Below, piece by piece: positions 34,908 through 37,927 of a DNA stretch of 37,927 bases (positions are counted from its first letter, which is position 1; each line of letters begins with the position of its first letter). This DNA is from Octopus bimaculoides (lineage: Eukaryota): assembly GCF_001194135.2 (NCBI RefSeq), contig NC_069003.1, positions 32,398,896 through 32,436,822 of the forward strand, in the 5' to 3' direction. Made by a program: the position numbers and the translations under genes. The notes under the pieces were generated by a model, which was not told where the DNA came from, made no database searches, and saw only the letters and a list, made by a program, of their open reading frames with translations.

Positions 34908-34953
<46 letters not shown>
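34877..34953. repeat. Inverted microsatellite (AAT)n(ATT)n
   Basis: Directly visible head-to-head trinucleotide tracts. Confidence 0.95.
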
Positions 34954-34955
<2 letters not shown>

Positions 34956-35072
34956 GCTTTTGGTCATTTATTGAATGCACTGGTTCTCGTCTGATCACCA
35001 AAGTTAAGCAATGTCAAGCCTAGTGAGTACTTAGATGGGTGACCACTTGGGAAACCTAGGTACTGTAAGCAT
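34956..35072 (+). pseudogene. 5S rRNA pseudogene (or 5S-derived SINE head)
   Basis: TTGAATGCACTGGTTCTCGTCTGATCACCAAAGTTAAGCAATGTCAAGCCTAGTGAGTACTTAGATGGGTGACCACTTGGGAAACCTAGGTACTGTAAGC is colinear with invertebrate 5S rRNA. A-box and C-box regions are recognisable; it has many CpG-type transitions, a small 5' deletion, and no oligo-T terminator. Confidence 0.9.
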
Positions 35073-35084
35073 CTCCCACACACT

Positions 35085-35248
35085 ATTCATCCATTTTTAT
35101 GTTCTGAGTTCAAATTCCACTGAGGTTGACTTTGCCTTTCATTCTTTTGGGGGTCAATGAAATAAGTACCAGTTGAGCACTAGGGGTCAATGTAATTGAC
35201 TATCACCCTCCCCCCCCCCAAAAAAAAAAATTGGGGGTCTTCTACCTA
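35085..35248 (+). mobile_element. SINE family B, 5'-truncated
   Basis: TTCTGAGTTCAAATTCCACTGAGGTTGACTTTGCCTTTCA..AATAAGTACCAGTTGAGCACTAGGGGTCAATGTAATTGACT. Confidence 0.85.
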
Positions 35249-36285
35249 AAGTATCGCCCACATATTAACTGCTTGGATTTTATTTTATCCAGTCAATTTT
35301 GAGCGCAACACCAACCCCAGTCTTCAGAAACACTCCATCCTCAGTTGCTCTTTCATTTCCTTCTCCGTTATCTCGTTGAATTCTAGTACATCAAGGCATT
35401 TGTATCATTCCATTTCAGTTTGTTTAATCAGGTGTTTGTTCGGTAATTCTATTCCTGCCAGGGACTGTACCTTGCCTCTTTTTAGGTAGATTATTCTGCA
35501 CTTCTTCTTGAGTTCAAATTCCATTCTAATATCAGTACTAAATCAGTGGACCATGTTCACCAAGGAACTCACTTGTGTTTCCTCTTTGAAATACAGTTTC
35601 AAGTCATCCATGAAGAGGAGGTGGTTGATTGTTTGGGATTTTTCCTTTAGTTGGTTCCCCAGGTTCGTTTTCCTAAGTACCAAGGTCAGAGGTATCATGC
35701 AGAGAACAAAAAGCAACAGAGATAAGCTATCATCCTGGAAAATCCTTCATCTGATACCCAGGGTGTGCAAGCTTTTTCCATAAGATGTCAGTTCAGCTTT
35801 CCATCCCATCATACTTCTCTTCAGGAAACACATTGCGTTCCTCACAATTCGACACAGATGTAAGCACTTGATGGTCCACAAATGTGGAATCATATCACAA
35901 GCTTTGTGATAGTCAATCCAGGCCATTCCCAGATTTGTTCTCCTTCGTTTACAATCTTACATTACCATTTTGTGTATCAATAACTGATCTTTGGTGCCTC
36001 TGCATCTCATTCTGCAGCCTTTTTGTTTGGGTGGTAATATATCGTTCTCATCAAGAAGTTTATACAATTCTTCTGCAATTCCTCCTTACAGTAACTTCCA
36101 CATTAATGGAAGGCACAAAATTGATCTGTAATTGTCAGCAGCATTTCTCTTTGATGCTTCTTTCAGGCACAACATCGTTGTTTTTGTCAACCAGCCCGGG
36201 ATTTCTTCTTCTCCATTGATCAATGCATCAAATTGCTTTGTGATCAATTAATGACAACTACTGAACTTTTTCATCCAAAATTCCT
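35248..36285 (-). mobile_element. Decayed R4/Dong-clade non-LTR retrotransposon, RT domain
   Basis: Minus translation with stops and frameshifts: [79 protein letters not shown] (FMDD at 35603-35614)..DIRMEFELKKKC..KIQAVNMWA. Confidence 0.85.
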
Positions 36286-36309
36286 ATTATTATTATTATT
36301 ATTTTTATT

Positions 36310-36340
<31 letters not shown>

Positions 36341-36358
36341 TTATTTTTATTATTATTA

Positions 36359-36389
<31 letters not shown>

Positions 36390-36438
36390 TTTATTATTTT
36401 TATTATTATTATTATTATTTTTATTATTATTATTATTA

Positions 36439-36481
<43 letters not shown>

Positions 36482-36499
36482 TTTTTATTATTATTTTTA

Positions 36500-36561
<62 letters not shown>
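36286..36561. repeat. Long impure (ATT)n microsatellite
   Basis: Directly visible, ~275 bp. Confidence 0.95.
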
Positions 36562-36854
36562 TCATGTTTGACTTTTGCTTTGCATTTGTACAAGTTGGCT
36601 CCAAGTCTCACCCAGAGACCTCAAGAGACAACAAGTTAGAAGTTCATGTAGGTGTTATGCCTAGGGTACCATATATTTGGATTTGTACATAGTATTGTAC
36701 TAGAGAATGTTTAAGAAACCATAAGAAAATTGTGTGTTTGTTTTAAAATTTGAGATCACATAGACAGTATTTTATGTAGGATATGGGCAGTTCCCATGAG
36801 CACTATCTTTTGAACTTCAGCCATTTTGGGGTTTCCTGGTATCTGAGCTAGGTA
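36562..36854 (-). mobile_element. R4/Dong-clade element 3' end (C-terminal codons plus 3' UTR) between two (TAA)n tracts
   Basis: Minus translation YLAQIPGNPKMAEVQKIVLMGTAHILHKILSM* (stop at 36756-58) matches the QK.VLLGTA.IL C-terminal motif of R4/Dong ORFs; the ~190-bp 3' UTR runs into (AAT)n. Confidence 0.8.
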
Positions 36855-36889
36855 TATTATTATTATTATTATTATTATCATTACTATTA

Positions 36890-37100
36890 TAATCACCATA
36901 GACACAGAGCCTGAAAACTGTGGGAGGAGAGTTTGATTAAATCAGCCCTACACTTGACTAGTATTGTATTTTTCCAACCCTAGAATGATAGAAAGCAAAG
37001 AAGACCTTGGCAGGATTTGAACTAAGAACATAAAGAAGCAGAAGAATTACAGCAATGCACTTCATTTTTTTTTTTTTCAAACTAACAATCCTACCAACCT
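36890..37100 (-). mobile_element. SINE family B, decayed
   Basis: GCAAAGAAGACCTTGGCAGGATTTGAACTAAGAACATAAAG. Confidence 0.65.
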
Positions 37101-37216
37101 AGTTGTTATAATTATTTCTTTTATTGGCCACAATGGCCCAAGATGTTGGAGACCATAGAAGAATGAAATACAAAAAAACAGCATGGAGATTTATATGGAG
37201 TAAAATAGCCAAAAGA

Positions 37217-37260
<44 letters not shown>

Positions 37261-37472
37261 TGATGATGATGATAGTCACAACATAGAAATAACAATAAAC
37301 AGCAAAGGAAATAATAAGATATCACCAGAAACAAAACAAATACAACATAAAAAAGCGATAATTCTTTGTACTCCCAAAAGTCAATGTGCTGAAACATACT
37401 GCAGGAAGTGCACCTGGTGGTGCAACAGAAGCTGCACATGGAAACTGTTGAAAACACTGTAACGGTGATGAC

Positions 37473-37537
<65 letters not shown>

Positions 37538-37715
37538 TAGTAATTTCTTTATTGGCCACAGAGGCTTCACACATGCATGCAAAATATATGAGCACAGTTT
37601 TTACACCCCTCAGAAGACAATCCTATCCTGCAACATACCGCAGGAACACATAGAGGTGCACCTGCTAGTGGTGCAGCAGAAGCTTGGATGAAAACCGTTG
37701 CAAAATGTGATAATA
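37100..37715. repeat. Two diverged tandem copies of a microsatellite-bounded element, separated by (AGT)n
   Basis: ATTTCTTT(T)ATTGGCCACA at ~37104 and ~37542; AACATAC.GCAGGAA..GTGCACCTG..GTGGTGCA.CAGAAGCT at ~37391 and ~37633. Confidence 0.7.
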
Positions 37716-37739
37716 GCAATAATAATAATAATAATAATG

Positions 37740-37770
<31 letters not shown>

Positions 37771-37927
37771 TTTTCACCACAGCTGAAAACAACAACAACA
37801 ACATCAATGAAAATAATAAATAATGCCTAATAACATGCCACATTGTTTAGCTTTCATGTTTCCATGTTATATGTTTATCAACATGGAAACATGCAATTAT
37901 GTTTTTATGTCCCTCTCTCTACCCTAC

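Noticed and set aside
6646-37843. Many ORFs in the track with poly-HT, YI, CV, LS, I, L or N runs
   Set aside because: They are translations of di- and trinucleotide microsatellites and give no evidence of coding function.

Overview
AT-rich, microsatellite-dense eukaryotic genomic DNA with two scaffold gaps (14143-14539, 23995-24025). The SINE and RTE-LINE repertoire points to a cephalopod, most likely Octopus; this is an inference from repeat recognition. I found no protein-coding gene that I can identify with confidence. The window is dominated by decayed transposable elements: many copies of two tRNA-headed SINE families; 3' or internal fragments of RTE-clade LINEs (an octopus-type RTE, BovB-like, Rex3/Expander-like); two R4/Dong-like pieces bordered by (TAA)n; short Penelope-like elements carrying hammerhead-like motifs; mariner, Tc2/pogo and hAT MITEs; a 5S rRNA pseudogene; and several minisatellites. 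Ten of eleven LINE fragments lie on the minus strand, suggesting the region may be intronic to a plus-strand transcript, and a few candidate exons are noted at low confidence. All peptide similarities were recognised by eye, no database search was run, and TE boundaries are approximate (about +/-20 bp).
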